64,000 nt of DNA from Paramoeba atlantica (taxonomy: Eukaryota > Protista > Discosea): contig CDRNVI010000037.1 in NCBI GenBank assembly GCA_977017575.1, forward strand, positions 248,001-312,000, written 5' to 3'. Under the pieces are notes generated by a model, which did not search any database, was not told the origin of the DNA, and was given only the letters and a program-made list of their open reading frames with translations. Position 1 is the first letter of the stretch. The number at the start of each line of letters is the position of its first letter. Shown one piece after another: positions 1-10,276 of the stretch. The position numbers and the translations under genes were made by a program.

Positions 1-1501
1 CTAGTATTTTAGTACGTACTATAGTACGTACTATGAGATACTACTTTGGTGAGTGTATATTCTTGGAAAATAAGTTTCGCCGTAGTGGCCGCAATCTCTT
101 TGATTTGTATAATATTTTATTTTCTCTTTGGGTTACAGTGGTATACGAATCATACATTCTGTATCATTCTTGTCTAAACCCCCTGTACAGTTATTATTCC
201 ACTTTTTTTTTGTGGGATAATAAAAAAAGTGGAATAATAAATGAAAATTGAAATACCGTGCCGAACATAATTACGCCCAACTTACCGGTGAAACGGTTAT
301 TAAAGATTAAAATAATTAAGGCAGAACGGGTTTAAAAATTAAGTATTGCCTTAATTAAAGTGGCGCTGATAAAAACTCAAAACAGGTCTTATTTAAATAT
401 TGTCGTTTGTAGCATAAATATCACATTTCTGCTAAAGGTGCTCAATTTCTGATCATTTGTCATGTTTTCGAACTTTTCTAGACGAGCTTCGTCTGTTTCG
501 CCTACCTTTACGGTCTTCAACCAATTCAACGTGTGAGAGAAAAGCTAAAACGATCATTGAAAGGAGAAGTCTGAGACAGAATCATGAAATTAATTTTTCC
601 CTATTTCTTCCCCAAAATGACAAAAAATTAATTATTGTCTTAATTAAAGTTGCCTTAATTTTAATTACCCTTAATTGAAGTTTCTACGGTAATTACGCCC
701 AAACTTAATTAGGCCCAAATGGGTTGGTCAGGCTGCGAGCCATCCCCCTCCGATGCCCTCTCCCCTCCAGGGTGAGGGGATCGCGGAAAATACCATGCCA
801 AACATATTTATGTCCGCACGTGTATAAATACGTGTGCATTAATTCGTTTTTGGGCCCAACAAAAATAAATTATGTGCCCCAAAGGGCCAAGCACGCATAA
901 ATGACTCCCAGCCCCGCGGCTAAATTTCAAAACGTAGACTCTTAGTGAGTGTTAGCATGCGTGCCCTTCATTACAGAGGTTGCAGCCCTTCAGCGTCGCA
1001 TGGTACACTACTTCAGTGCGATCTCTTTAATCGAAATTGTTAGGCAAACTGCATGAAGTACGGACTTTCGTACTAAGTACGGATAGTACGGTACTTAGTA
1101 TGTACTAGTACGGAATACGGGGTCCGTACTACGTTTAGTACGAAGTACCGTACTGCGGAGACGTATGTTTAAAGGTGGGAGGGCGATGGAAGATTAAAAG
1201 TTGGCACAGAAATCACCCTACATTTGGGAGCGAGGAACCAGGAATTATTCAATCGCTACGTGGGCCCCGGCGTTCTGCCAAAGTAAAATGTCCAGCACCA
1301 CCCCTCGCAAAAGTCCTCTATACTGTACTATGCCGATGCAAAATAGGTTGTTTCGTCTGCTTCGATCAAAAGTAAAAATAGGAGTGCCGCAATACCTGAG
1401 GAAAAAAAATTCCTTCCATTCCAAAAAAGTAGTATCTCATAGTACGTACTATAGTACGTACTAGTCGATTACTAGTATTTTAGTACGTACTAAAATACTA
1501 G
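1..1501. mobile_element. Foldback/MITE-like element with GTAC-rich palindromic ends (left end probably outside the window)
   Basis: 11-47 (agtacgtactatagtacgtactatgagatactacttt) is the inverse of ~1426-1462. 1470-1501 is a perfect 32-bp palindrome, actagtattttagtacgtactaaaatactagt. An internal GTAC cluster lies at ~1056-1155. Confidence 0.55.
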
Positions 1502-1655
1502 TTAGACTATGGTTATCATCTAAACGAATCAGCAGTATTTACAACTTTGTCTCACGCCGTTTATGGATTTTCTCTTGGTTTGGAGCCTTATTTACTTACA
1601 TCTTCTACACTTGACAAAGACTTTTTTTTGACAACATCCATCATACAATTTTTCT

Positions 1656-2609
1656 ATGATCTTTTTACTTTGCAAACATCTTTCTTCTTCCCAATTTATA
1701 GCCCTTAACCGATTCTTAGTGCAAATACTTCTCTACTTTTTCTTCTGGCTACTACAACCTATCTCGAGAATGCAATTTGTTTTGGATGCTGCGGATAGTG
1801 TACCTAAAGCGGCTCGGGTGCGTGGAGCATCCCTCCCGCAAGAATATGAGCTCTGTCGTGTCTTGCATAACATTTCAAGTCATCATCCCTCATGGACTAC
1901 AGAGACTCCCGCATGTAACTGGAAAGGTATAACATGTGACTCCAACCTGCAGGTCACTGAAATTAAGTGGAACCATATGAATCTTCAAGGCACCATATCA
2001 TGGCGCCATATTCCAGTGAGTGTACACGTCTTGATTTTAGGCAGCTTCTTTAATTTAGCGAAACCGAACGAAATTACGGGAGAACTTCCTGTTCTTGAGT
2101 TACCACCGCGGCTAACAAAGTTCGTGTTGGATGGCAACAATATGACCGGGAACATTGACTTAGAACATCTCCCCGCGGAGTTGGCTGCCTTTGAAGCGGC
2201 GAAAAACTGCTTTGAGGGAACTGTATCTTTATCATCTCTACCTCGTCATCTATTTGTATTAGATCTTCAAGATAATTTGCTTTTTGGGGAGTTTGATCTC
2301 TCAAACTTACCTCCGAATATGCAAACAATGTACTTCGGGAATAACCAGTTTAGCGGGAGCTTAATTCTTAAAAATCTGCCAATTTCCCTCGTACGACTTG
2401 ATCTAGACAATAATAACCTAAGTGGAGAATTAGAGTTAGATTGTCTTCCATCTAAAATGAGGTACCTTCTGCTTAAGAATAATGCGTTCGAGGGACACGT
2501 TGACCTCCGAAATCTGTCAGAGCATTTCGCATCGCTGGATCTTCGGGGAAACAAGATTACCTCTGCAGAGCCAACTCCCTTCCCATATGCCCTGAAATGT
2601 GATCTATAA
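1656..2609 (+). CDS. Leucine-rich repeat protein (LRR family copy 1; alternative start ATG 1770)
   Basis: LPQEYEL motif, W..ETPACNWKGITC N-cap, about 8 LxxLxLxxNxLxG repeats; close paralogue of 25997-26830. Confidence 0.9.
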   Translation: MIFLLCKHLSSSQFIALNRFLVQILLYFFFWLLQPISRMQFVLDAADSVPKAARVRGASLPQEYELCRVLHNISSHHPSWTTETPACNWKGITCDSNLQVTEIKWNHMNLQGTISWRHIPVSVHVLILGSFFNLAKPNEITGELPVLELPPRLTKFVLDGNNMTGNIDLEHLPAELAAFEAAKNCFEGTVSLSSLPRHLFVLDLQDNLLFGEFDLSNLPPNMQTMYFGNNQFSGSLILKNLPISLVRLDLDNNNLSGELELDCLPSKMRYLLLKNNAFEGHVDLRNLSEHFASLDLRGNKITSAEPTPFPYALKCDL

Positions 2610-2731
2610 ATCCACGGTGGATTTATCCACGTGAAATATCCACCTTCCTTTCGGAATGACGATACGGAATTCTTTATTCTTCGCTTCAGATTACTAAACC
2701 GGGGAACGGAATAATATTCAGATGCGGTTTA

Positions 2732-3330
2732 TTGCGGTGGTTGTAAACCACATATGCGTTTAACATACCTATACCTTGAGTAACATACCGGGGGGGTATG
2801 TTATTCTGGCCCGCGACACTTAACATACCCCCCCTCGTCCCGCGGCTTTTTTTGTGCAAAGGTACAAAATTCCAACCATAATATCACGTACGTTTTTAAC
2901 AAAATGTTTCTTTTATGCGTTTTTAGATGTATTTTGATACGTTCTAGCATTTAGTACTACGCGAGGTACATCTTTAGATACAGGTTCTAACAGTGAAAGT
3001 GATTTTCTTCTCTTTCCTATTTCATAATCAGTCTACTTAACATACCTACACCTTGATAACATAACGGGGGGGTATGTTAAATGGGTATGTGGTTTATAAA
3101 TATCGCTCCGCCCTCGATGATTTAAAAAAAGTGAACAAAAGCAAAGAAAAAATAAAGAGGGACAGTATTAGAATATATAAAAGTGGACTCTGGTGGTCCA
3201 AAATCGAAAACAAATGGGGGTCAAGGGGGGGGCATACGCGATATTATTTCTACCTGTCCTGAATTTTGTCCGATTTTGATCAATATAACCCATAAAATTT
3301 ATGGGTTTTACATACTCTCTGGTAGTATCG
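2732..3330 (+). mobile_element. Old, diverged element A copy interrupted by MITE B
   Basis: Begins A|TTGCGGTGGTTG. After MITE B it resumes as taaatatcgctccgccctcgatgatttaaaaaaagtgaacaaaa, a degenerate match to the element A 5' region. Confidence 0.6.
2746..3094. mobile_element. MITE family B (TIR aaccacata..tttaacatacc; aacatacc iterons)
   Basis: Inverted ends at 2746 and 3094 are each flanked by TA. A second copy starts at ~44544 inside another element. Confidence 0.75.
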
Positions 3331-3334
3331 TTTA

Positions 3335-4226
3335 TTGCGGTGGTTGTAAAACTACCGCTCTACACTCGATTATTGAAAAAAAAGTGAACAAAAACAGTGA
3401 AAATATAAAGAAGAACACAGTAATATAATAGAAGAAAAAAATATAAAAGGGGGCTCCGGTGGTCCAAAACTGAAAAAATTTTTTGAAAAAAATGGGGGGT
3501 CCAGGGGGGGGGTCCAGGGGGGGGGGGCATGGTCGATCAAATTTTTTCGAAAAAATTAGTTTTCGAAAAAAAACCGCAGAAAGGGTAGCCGGGGTCTTGG
3601 CGCGCATTTTCCGCCCCCCTACCCGGGGGTGACCCCCCCGCGTATCCGCAGGACGGGTCCGCCAAGTTCGGATTTTTTCGGAAAAATTTTTTCGAAAAAA
3701 AATTCAACTTGGCGAAAAAAATGACAAAAAAAATATTTTTCCAAAATCGTTTCCCCTATTGTATTTTGATAGTTTGGGACCTACACTAGCTTTCTACGCA
3801 GTTGTTTTCGCAAGGTATCACTTCTTCGAACTGTGGTGCGCCCCTCAAATTGACCCATTTTTGACTAAAAAAGGTGAAAAAGTATTTTTCGGACCTAAAG
3901 GGGCATTTTTGTGTCGAAAGAATGGTATGGTTGGAGTCGTATTCTCTACCCAATACGTTCGGTAGGCTTTCATTCATGCCTGCGAGTGATTTCCCACGCG
4001 CAAATGTCGGATTTAGTGCTCTGAGAGCAAAAATATGCGAAAATCACCCCATTTTTACCCGAAAATCGGCTATTTTTGGCTATAATCTTTCCGTTTTCCA
4101 GGCTAAATTTTCTTTTTTAGGCTCTTCGTTAAACGCGGCGGTAGTTTTCAACGCGAAGCGCGCAGCATGAGTGACTTCTAAGTTGAAAGCAACCACCGCG
4201 TTTAACGAAGAGCCTAAAAAAGAAAA
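3335..4226 (+). mobile_element. Element A (non-coding, A|T-inserting, 3' fold-back hairpin), young copy
   Basis: 5' TTGCGGTGGTTGTAAAACTACCGC hairpin, GGGGGGTCCA repeats and a terminal ~110-nt hairpin; near-identical to the copies at 30335, 45377, 46202 and 52301. Confidence 0.9.
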
Positions 4227-4394
4227 TAATTTTATTGTGGTGGTTGTTTGTAACCTCTACCTCTCCCTTCTTTATGGTGTTCGGGGTAGGGTGGATCGAG
4301 GACGGTCAGAAAAGGGGGACCAACCCCCCCCCCCTCCCTATTCTCGATTCGGGCATAAATCACTGTGCTTAAAAACGTAGGTATCGGAACTCGA

Positions 4395-4467
4395 GCCCAG
4401 GTTGTCCAGTTGGTAAGACATGCCGTTTATAATCTGGTGGTCGCAGGTTCGACTCCCGGCGGTTACA
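4395..4467 (+). pseudogene. tRNA-like sequence (Ile-TAT-type loop) with unpaired acceptor stem; possible SINE head
   Basis: 73 nt; D-arm tgtc-cagttggtaa-gaca, anticodon loop tttataa, B-box ggttcgactcc. Acceptor and anticodon stems do not pair. Confidence 0.55.
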
Positions 4468-4819
4468 TTTTCAGCCATACGCGACGTCCGTTAGTGGGAA
4501 GATTTGCAAAGCCCCGTTCTTCGTATCTTGAAAAGTTAACTTTACTGTAGCTACTTAACATTCCCCCCGGAATGCTAAACCGGACTGTGGTTTACATCCT
4601 TCTGTATAAATTTGTATTCAACATACTCCTTCAGTAAATGAGAAAAGATCATCCGAGAATTGCTTTACTTAAAGTTCCATTATACTAATTTTACGATTCA
4701 TTCACTCAAATTCTGTGATCTTTTTATATTGCCAAATTTTAATTTTCTTACCGTACACGTTGCAATATTGTAACCTTGTCAATAACAGACTTGGCGGATC
4801 GCTTCAATATTTTAGTTAA

Positions 4820-6274
4820 ATGCATGTGGAAGGTATCAAATCTCTTCCTTCCCATACTTCTAGTGTGAAAGAGTCCTTGGAAGAACAAACTCTTGCAACT
4901 TCCTCCGCACGAGTCGAAGAGCTCGAATGTTTACATGCCCATGCTCGTCGTGGGCGGGAGCATGCCTTGGAACGTGATAGGGACACGGAAGGGCAGATTG
5001 ACGTTGCGGATCTACCGAAAGAAATGCCAAAGGCCAGCGCAGAGGTAATGTCTTCTCGGCGTATTCGTAAAGTTCGAATACCACAACGTAGTACACCACA
5101 GGAAGAGAAGTCTTCCGATACGTCATTGAACCCTTTTGCGTTGTCTGCAAAAGCTACACCTGTAGTCCCAACTATTCTCACTGAAACTACTAAACAGGGA
5201 ACTGATAAAGGGGAAGGAAACGAACATGGAACCACATCCAGTGCTTCTGGTGTGTCAGAAGAATCAGTCTCAGATATTACCAAGGATACTTCGACCAACG
5301 TAAAGCCGTTTGAACATATAGCGAAGAATGATTTTGAGAAGACTGTTTCCGATAGCACAAGTGAATCAGAAGAAAAATCAAACCCAAAGGACGTTTCAAA
5401 TCTTACCCCTTCACGATCTCACCCATTCCTCGGCTCCGCATTTGCAGCGCCCACACCGAATTTGGTAACAAACACGGTGCAAAAAAATGACACCAAACAG
5501 CAGACAAATTCGGTCGCTCCAAACGATCTCCTTGCGGCCTCACCATTTGCGCAAACCCCCTCACGAAAATTTGAAGATGCCGCAGCAGAGCTTGAAAAGC
5601 TACAAAGTCAAAGAAAAAATATTTTTTCGACACCATCAAGCGAGTCTGTGAGTCGCTTTCATGAAGATACTCCCAGTAAAGTACAATTCAGTACTGAAAC
5701 TTCGGAGATGATTCACAAAGATACAAATTTTTGTGAGGGTCATGACAGGGCTGAAAAGATTTGGTCTTCATGCGTTGTCCGCGTCTTTTTAGCTAGCGAT
5801 GACAAACAGTGGAACGAAATTGGGCGTGGGGAGTGTAAACTTTTGGTCACAACAAAAAATACGGAAGCCGACATCGCCGCACAAGAGAAGAGTGAGTCAG
5901 ATCTCCAAATGAGCGAGTCAGAGGACGCGTCAGAAAATGAAACACCGCGTTTTACAGATATCAAGGTAGATGATATCACAGAGGGTCGCGTCGTGTTGCA
6001 TGATGAAAAAACAAAGCAAGTTCGAGTCAACGCCGGTCTTGGCACTTCCTTTACATTGGGAGTCACATCCTTGACAAGCGGGGACAAATCTTCCTCTTCG
6101 ATGCTTTTCTCAACCATTGATTCAGAGTCTCAACGTTCTCGTAGTTACCTCTTACTCCCGCTTCGCAGCGTCTCTGTTCCTGCATCTGAACGAGCCTTGG
6201 CTCTGTCCTCTTTTCAAAGACGAGTAAGAGACCTACTCACACATTTGAAAAGTGTTTCACCTCATTCATCTTAG
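4820..6274 (+). CDS. Nup50/Nup2-like nucleoporin with C-terminal Ran-binding (RanBP1-type) domain
   Basis: KASAEVMSSRRIRKVR resembles the NUP50 N-terminal importin-alpha-binding motif. The middle has sparse Phe repeats (NPF, HPF, SPF). The C-terminus has KQWNEIGRGECKLL and GRVVLHDEKTKQVRVN RanBD-like motifs. Confidence 0.6.
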   Translation: MHVEGIKSLPSHTSSVKESLEEQTLATSSARVEELECLHAHARRGREHALERDRDTEGQIDVADLPKEMPKASAEVMSSRRIRKVRIPQRSTPQEEKSSDTSLNPFALSAKATPVVPTILTETTKQGTDKGEGNEHGTTSSASGVSEESVSDITKDTSTNVKPFEHIAKNDFEKTVSDSTSESEEKSNPKDVSNLTPSRSHPFLGSAFAAPTPNLVTNTVQKNDTKQQTNSVAPNDLLAASPFAQTPSRKFEDAAAELEKLQSQRKNIFSTPSSESVSRFHEDTPSKVQFSTETSEMIHKDTNFCEGHDRAEKIWSSCVVRVFLASDDKQWNEIGRGECKLLVTTKNTEADIAAQEKSESDLQMSESEDASENETPRFTDIKVDDITEGRVVLHDEKTKQVRVNAGLGTSFTLGVTSLTSGDKSSSSMLFSTIDSESQRSRSYLLLPLRSVSVPASERALALSSFQRRVRDLLTHLKSVSPHSS

Positions 6275-6591
6275 GAAACAAAGTAGATAAGAAGAAACTA
6301 TAATCGCCGCCACTTTGCGTAGAGTTTCAACTTCTATTTGTATTTTTATTTTTCATGCCTCCAACTAGCTGAACCTACCTTTGAACTTTGCCAAAGAAGA
6401 GGCTTGGATTGCTATTGAGTACGTTAGTGAACTCTTGTGGGCGAAATATCTTTTATTATAATCACAATACATACTTTGAGTAGAAAGATTTATCGCACCA
6501 GTTATGCAATGCACATTACAATATTTTTCTTTGATGTGACGGAACGATTTAAATTGTGTTGGGCAATTTATTTTTGAAACAGAAATGACCA

Positions 6592-8106
6592 TTGTTTTGT
6601 ACAGTTTTTATCGAATTCCTATCCCTATGCATCATAGATCGCTCTGACGTTTCTTCCCCATTGCAGCGTTTCTTGCCACAACTACGGCACTCACGCACCT
6701 CGTGTCCCCTAATGTTCCGTCCTAACGCGTCTATGTTTTTAATCGCCCCACCTCTTGACCCTCCCTCTTATCGAAGTCGCGTCTTTTTCCGAAAGCGCTT
6801 TTTACATTTTCCTGGTTTTGGGCCCATCACACGGCACAAAAATTCCTATCTACATTTTCCGGCACAAAGAATCCCCTCAACCCGAACATCTTTTTTTATG
6901 CCCAATGACCGTTTATTTTCTATCCCTCACCGTACCTTCCTCCGTCACGTACTCTCCTTACAAAGAACTCCTAAACCCACCTCTTTCACGCATCGATCAT
7001 CACTTTCCCAAACAGCCCCTCTGCCCTCTTCCACAATTTCATCCAGCCCCCTGCCACGACGAAAAAATAGAAACCACCCCCACTTATCCTCGACCGCTTT
7101 TCCCATAGCCGCACCTCCTCAACCTACCCCGATCTCCTCTGTATCGACAACAACAAAAAGCTCATCTCTCCCTACTACCCCTAAACCCCCAACCTCCTCT
7201 CTCTCACCCACAGCCACATCTCAATCCCCAACCGCCCCTCTCACTACCCCTACAACCACAACTACCCGTAAAACTACCCCTAAAGTCACCACAACACCTA
7301 CAACCCCAGCCACCGCCACAACTACCCCTGCAGCCACAACAACAACCCACGCCACAACCCCAACCCAACCCACAGCCACAGCCACAGCCTCCCCCTCCCT
7401 TCCCTCCCCCCACCACTACTGGGTGACCCACGAACACCTCGACTTCGCCTTTGAGTGTCGCACCCCCTCCTCCTGGACCACACGTGTCACGCTCTCGGAG
7501 AACTTCCTCTACCTCCGTGCCATCCCCCCCACCCATCCCTCCCCCTACAACCCCTCCACAGTTAACTCTTCTTCTTTGTCTTCTTCTATATCCTCTTCTT
7601 TATCCTCTTCATTATCATCTTCATTATCTTCTTTATCATCATCTTCTCTATCCTCTTCTTTATCTTCTTCTTCTTCTTCTTCTTTCTCTCCCCTCTTTAG
7701 GAACCCCTCCCCCTCCCCATACTACCAATCCATGGTCGAGGGGCTTAGCATCAACGCCTTTGCCTACCCTCGTAAAATGCCCTGGGGGGATGCCTCCATT
7801 TTAATGGAGCGCTTCCTGGGGGCGTTTGCCCCGCTCCAAGCGGAGTACGCCGTGGTGGAGGGCCCGGAGCGCATGGACCCCGCGATGTCGGGGGTGGTGC
7901 GGGCCGGGATCGAGTTTGTCCCCGCAGGGGGGGGTGGGGGGGAGAGAGCCCGTGGGGTGGTCACCACGTGTTTTCACCCCAATAAGAGGTTTCACTATGT
8001 GGTGGTGGCGGCGGTGAGGAAGGAGGTGTGGGTGGCGCAACGGCACGGGACGGAGGTGCTGTTGGAGGAGCTGGTGAGGGGGTTGGCGTGTTTAACGGCG
8101 GCATAG
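6592..8106 (+). CDS. Hypothetical protein: Thr/Pro/Ser low-complexity region plus C-terminal globular domain (possibly PsbP/Mog1-like); start uncertain (6592, 6712 or 6898)
   Basis: 504-aa ORF. FAFECRTPSSW and the terminal HYVVVAAVRKEVW...LLEELVRGL recall the PsbP/Mog1 pattern only by eye. Confidence 0.7.
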   Translation: MFCTVFIEFLSLCIIDRSDVSSPLQRFLPQLRHSRTSCPLMFRPNASMFLIAPPLDPPSYRSRVFFRKRFLHFPGFGPITRHKNSYLHFPAQRIPSTRTSFFMPNDRLFSIPHRTFLRHVLSLQRTPKPTSFTHRSSLSQTAPLPSSTISSSPLPRRKNRNHPHLSSTAFPIAAPPQPTPISSVSTTTKSSSLPTTPKPPTSSLSPTATSQSPTAPLTTPTTTTTRKTTPKVTTTPTTPATATTTPAATTTTHATTPTQPTATATASPSLPSPHHYWVTHEHLDFAFECRTPSSWTTRVTLSENFLYLRAIPPTHPSPYNPSTVNSSSLSSSISSSLSSSLSSSLSSLSSSSLSSSLSSSSSSSFSPLFRNPSPSPYYQSMVEGLSINAFAYPRKMPWGDASILMERFLGAFAPLQAEYAVVEGPERMDPAMSGVVRAGIEFVPAGGGGGERARGVVTTCFHPNKRFHYVVVAAVRKEVWVAQRHGTEVLLEELVRGLACLTAA

Positions 8107-8497
8107 GGAGTGTTCCGCCTCCTCAGGAGAGGGTAATTTTTTTTTTTGGGGGGGGGGTGACACGTTCAAAGATGTGTCTGCACGTTGGCTCATCATTTTT
8201 TCTGTGGGCATAGGTGAGTTCTGAGTGACGCATGTCCTCAATGGAATGTTGCCGATTGTTTGGCAAGCATTTTTTTAATTCTACACCTGATTTATGGGTT
8301 TTACTCTTTAGCCATGTGTCTATTTTTTGAACGAGTTCATGAATGTTCTGCTTCCTTTTCTAGATTATTTTCTCCTAAGAAGCTAATCACAAGTATGATA
8401 GCATCCGGAATCATCTTACCTGTCTAACGAAATAAAAAGGCCTTCCTATCTCCCTCACATCTCCTGGGCGGTTCTCCCCTCACCTCTTCTCGTTTAC

Positions 8498-10276
8498 ATG
8501 CGTAATTCCTTCAAAAACGGGTCTTCGCACCATGTTTTAAAAACGCTCTTTCCCCGCATTTCACCACCTCCCTATTTCGTCCTAAACCAACCCAAAAGGT
8601 TTTCTAAACCCTTGCCCACTTTACAACCCTCCCGTCCCGTCCTTCCCCTCTCTCGTCCTTTCTCCCAACCCCTTTTCTCTTCCCCTTTTCGCTCCTACTC
8701 CCTCCTACCGCTTCCTTCTTCCGCCTCCATCTTTTCACGTGATTTCTCTTTTCCTTCCTCTCTTCTCTCTACCCGCAGTATTTTACTTCTTCTCCCCCTT
8801 CTCAGCGTAATCTCTCTCTATGGGTACATTTACTACCGCAGCTTTACCAAACCGCTGCCCTCCATCCCCCCTACACTGGTCTCTCAAAACGGTGAACTTC
8901 TCGACAAGAACGGCAACATCATTGCGCTCCATCCCCTCTCCCTGGTCCTTCGCTTTTTTTATCTTTTTTCTCTCTATTTTCCTCTACTTTGTCTCTATGT
9001 GTGTTGCTGGCCCTGGAGTGTTTCCTATACACTCTGGCAGCGGCTGTTTCTGTTCGCGCTCCAACACAGCGGACCGGCCGCCATTAAAGCCGGCCAGTGG
9101 GCCTGTACCCGGGAGGACTTATTCTCCCCGGAGTTAAGGAACACGTTAACCGTGTTGTACAGCGAGGCAAGGACACATGACGGGGAACAATCGATTGTGA
9201 TTATTGAGAAAGAACTTGGGAGTTCGCTCTCGTCGTATTTTACGAAATTTGAGAAGAATCCAATTGGTAGCGGTGCGATTGGACAAGCCCATGTTGCGAT
9301 TTGGAAACCGGATGGTCGGAAAGTTGTGGTGAAAGTGATGCATCCCGGGTGTGTGGAGACATTGGCTCGAGATATTTATCTGGTTAATGTGGTGGCGCGA
9401 ACCCTTCATGGGTGTTTTTCCTCATTGCAAAAATGGTATCTCCCGGAGACTGCCATGGCGTGGAGTAACTTGCTCGCGTCGCAGTTGGATTTTCGCGTCG
9501 AGGCGGATAATTTGACCCAATTTCGGGCTAATTTTGCACACGTCCCGGAGATCCATTTTCCCGAGCCGCTGCATAGCACACGTCAGGTTCTGGTTGAGAC
9601 CTTTGCGCCCGGTCATCATGCCACTCCAGAACGACTGCAGCATTTACCCAAACACACAAAGGATGTATTAGCGCACATCGGGATGAATGCATTCTGCCAA
9701 ATGCTCCTCCGGGATAACTTTATCCACTGCGATTTGCATCCAGGAAATATTTTATTGGACACCTCGGATTTAAACTCCCCGACAGTAACTTTACTGGACG
9801 TCGGGTTAGTTCACCATTTAAGCTCCGAGCGGGAGGCAGATTTAGTACAACGCCTGGTGGCAGGTTTTTGCTACTGGAAGCCTCAGGAGATTGCCGAGAC
9901 ACTCTACGCGATGGGGACCCCCCAGTGGGCGAGCCAGGACGTGTTTGTTCGTGATCTCTCCCAGATTTTGGCGACCTATCGCCCGAATGGACAGGTAGGG
10001 GAATATGCCGTGTTGGGAGATGTCCTGGAAAGTGTTTTTGGGGTGATACGAACGCACCATGTTCACCTGGACGCATGTTTCGTGACAATGTTGTTCTCTG
10101 TGCTGTTATGTGAGGGGTTTTTAATGACGCTGAATCCATGTTTTAATGTGGCCCACAGCGCGGCGCCGTGGCTAGTTACAGAAGGCCATGTGAGTTTTCG
10201 CGTTTGGCGAAATTTGGCAAGACACGCATGGCGTCGCGTGCAAAATTATGTGGGAAGTACGCACGTGGTTGGGTAA
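8498..10276 (+). CDS. ABC1/UbiB (ADCK2-like) atypical protein kinase, probably mitochondrial
   Basis: GPAAIKAGQW (KxGQ), PIGSGAIGQAH, VVVKVMHP, DFRVEA, FIHCDLHPGNILL and LLDVGLV motifs; Arg/Ser/Leu-rich N-terminus. Confidence 0.92.
   Translation: MRNSFKNGSSHHVLKTLFPRISPPPYFVLNQPKRFSKPLPTLQPSRPVLPLSRPFSQPLFSSPFRSYSLLPLPSSASIFSRDFSFPSSLLSTRSILLLLPLLSVISLYGYIYYRSFTKPLPSIPPTLVSQNGELLDKNGNIIALHPLSLVLRFFYLFSLYFPLLCLYVCCWPWSVSYTLWQRLFLFALQHSGPAAIKAGQWACTREDLFSPELRNTLTVLYSEARTHDGEQSIVIIEKELGSSLSSYFTKFEKNPIGSGAIGQAHVAIWKPDGRKVVVKVMHPGCVETLARDIYLVNVVARTLHGCFSSLQKWYLPETAMAWSNLLASQLDFRVEADNLTQFRANFAHVPEIHFPEPLHSTRQVLVETFAPGHHATPERLQHLPKHTKDVLAHIGMNAFCQMLLRDNFIHCDLHPGNILLDTSDLNSPTVTLLDVGLVHHLSSEREADLVQRLVAGFCYWKPQEIAETLYAMGTPQWASQDVFVRDLSQILATYRPNGQVGEYAVLGDVLESVFGVIRTHHVHLDACFVTMLFSVLLCEGFLMTLNPCFNVAHSAAPWLVTEGHVSFRVWRNLARHAWRRVQNYVGSTHVVG

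Noticed and set aside
1656-2609. Plant receptor-like kinase or NLR origin of the LRR genes
   Set aside because: The repeats are plant-like, but there is no signal/TM/kinase or NB-ARC domain and no introns, and neighbouring genes look kinetoplastid.
3332-4170. Recurrent small ORFs (MKKYFSDLK..., MYFDSLGPT..., MRAKTPATL...) as a multi-gene cassette
   Set aside because: They recur only because element A is repeated. Both strands and several frames overlap, lengths shift with homopolymer changes, and no protein motif is recognisable.
4395-4467. Functional tRNA-Ile(TAT)
   Set aside because: Only 2 of 7 acceptor-stem pairs form, and the anticodon and T stems are mismatched.
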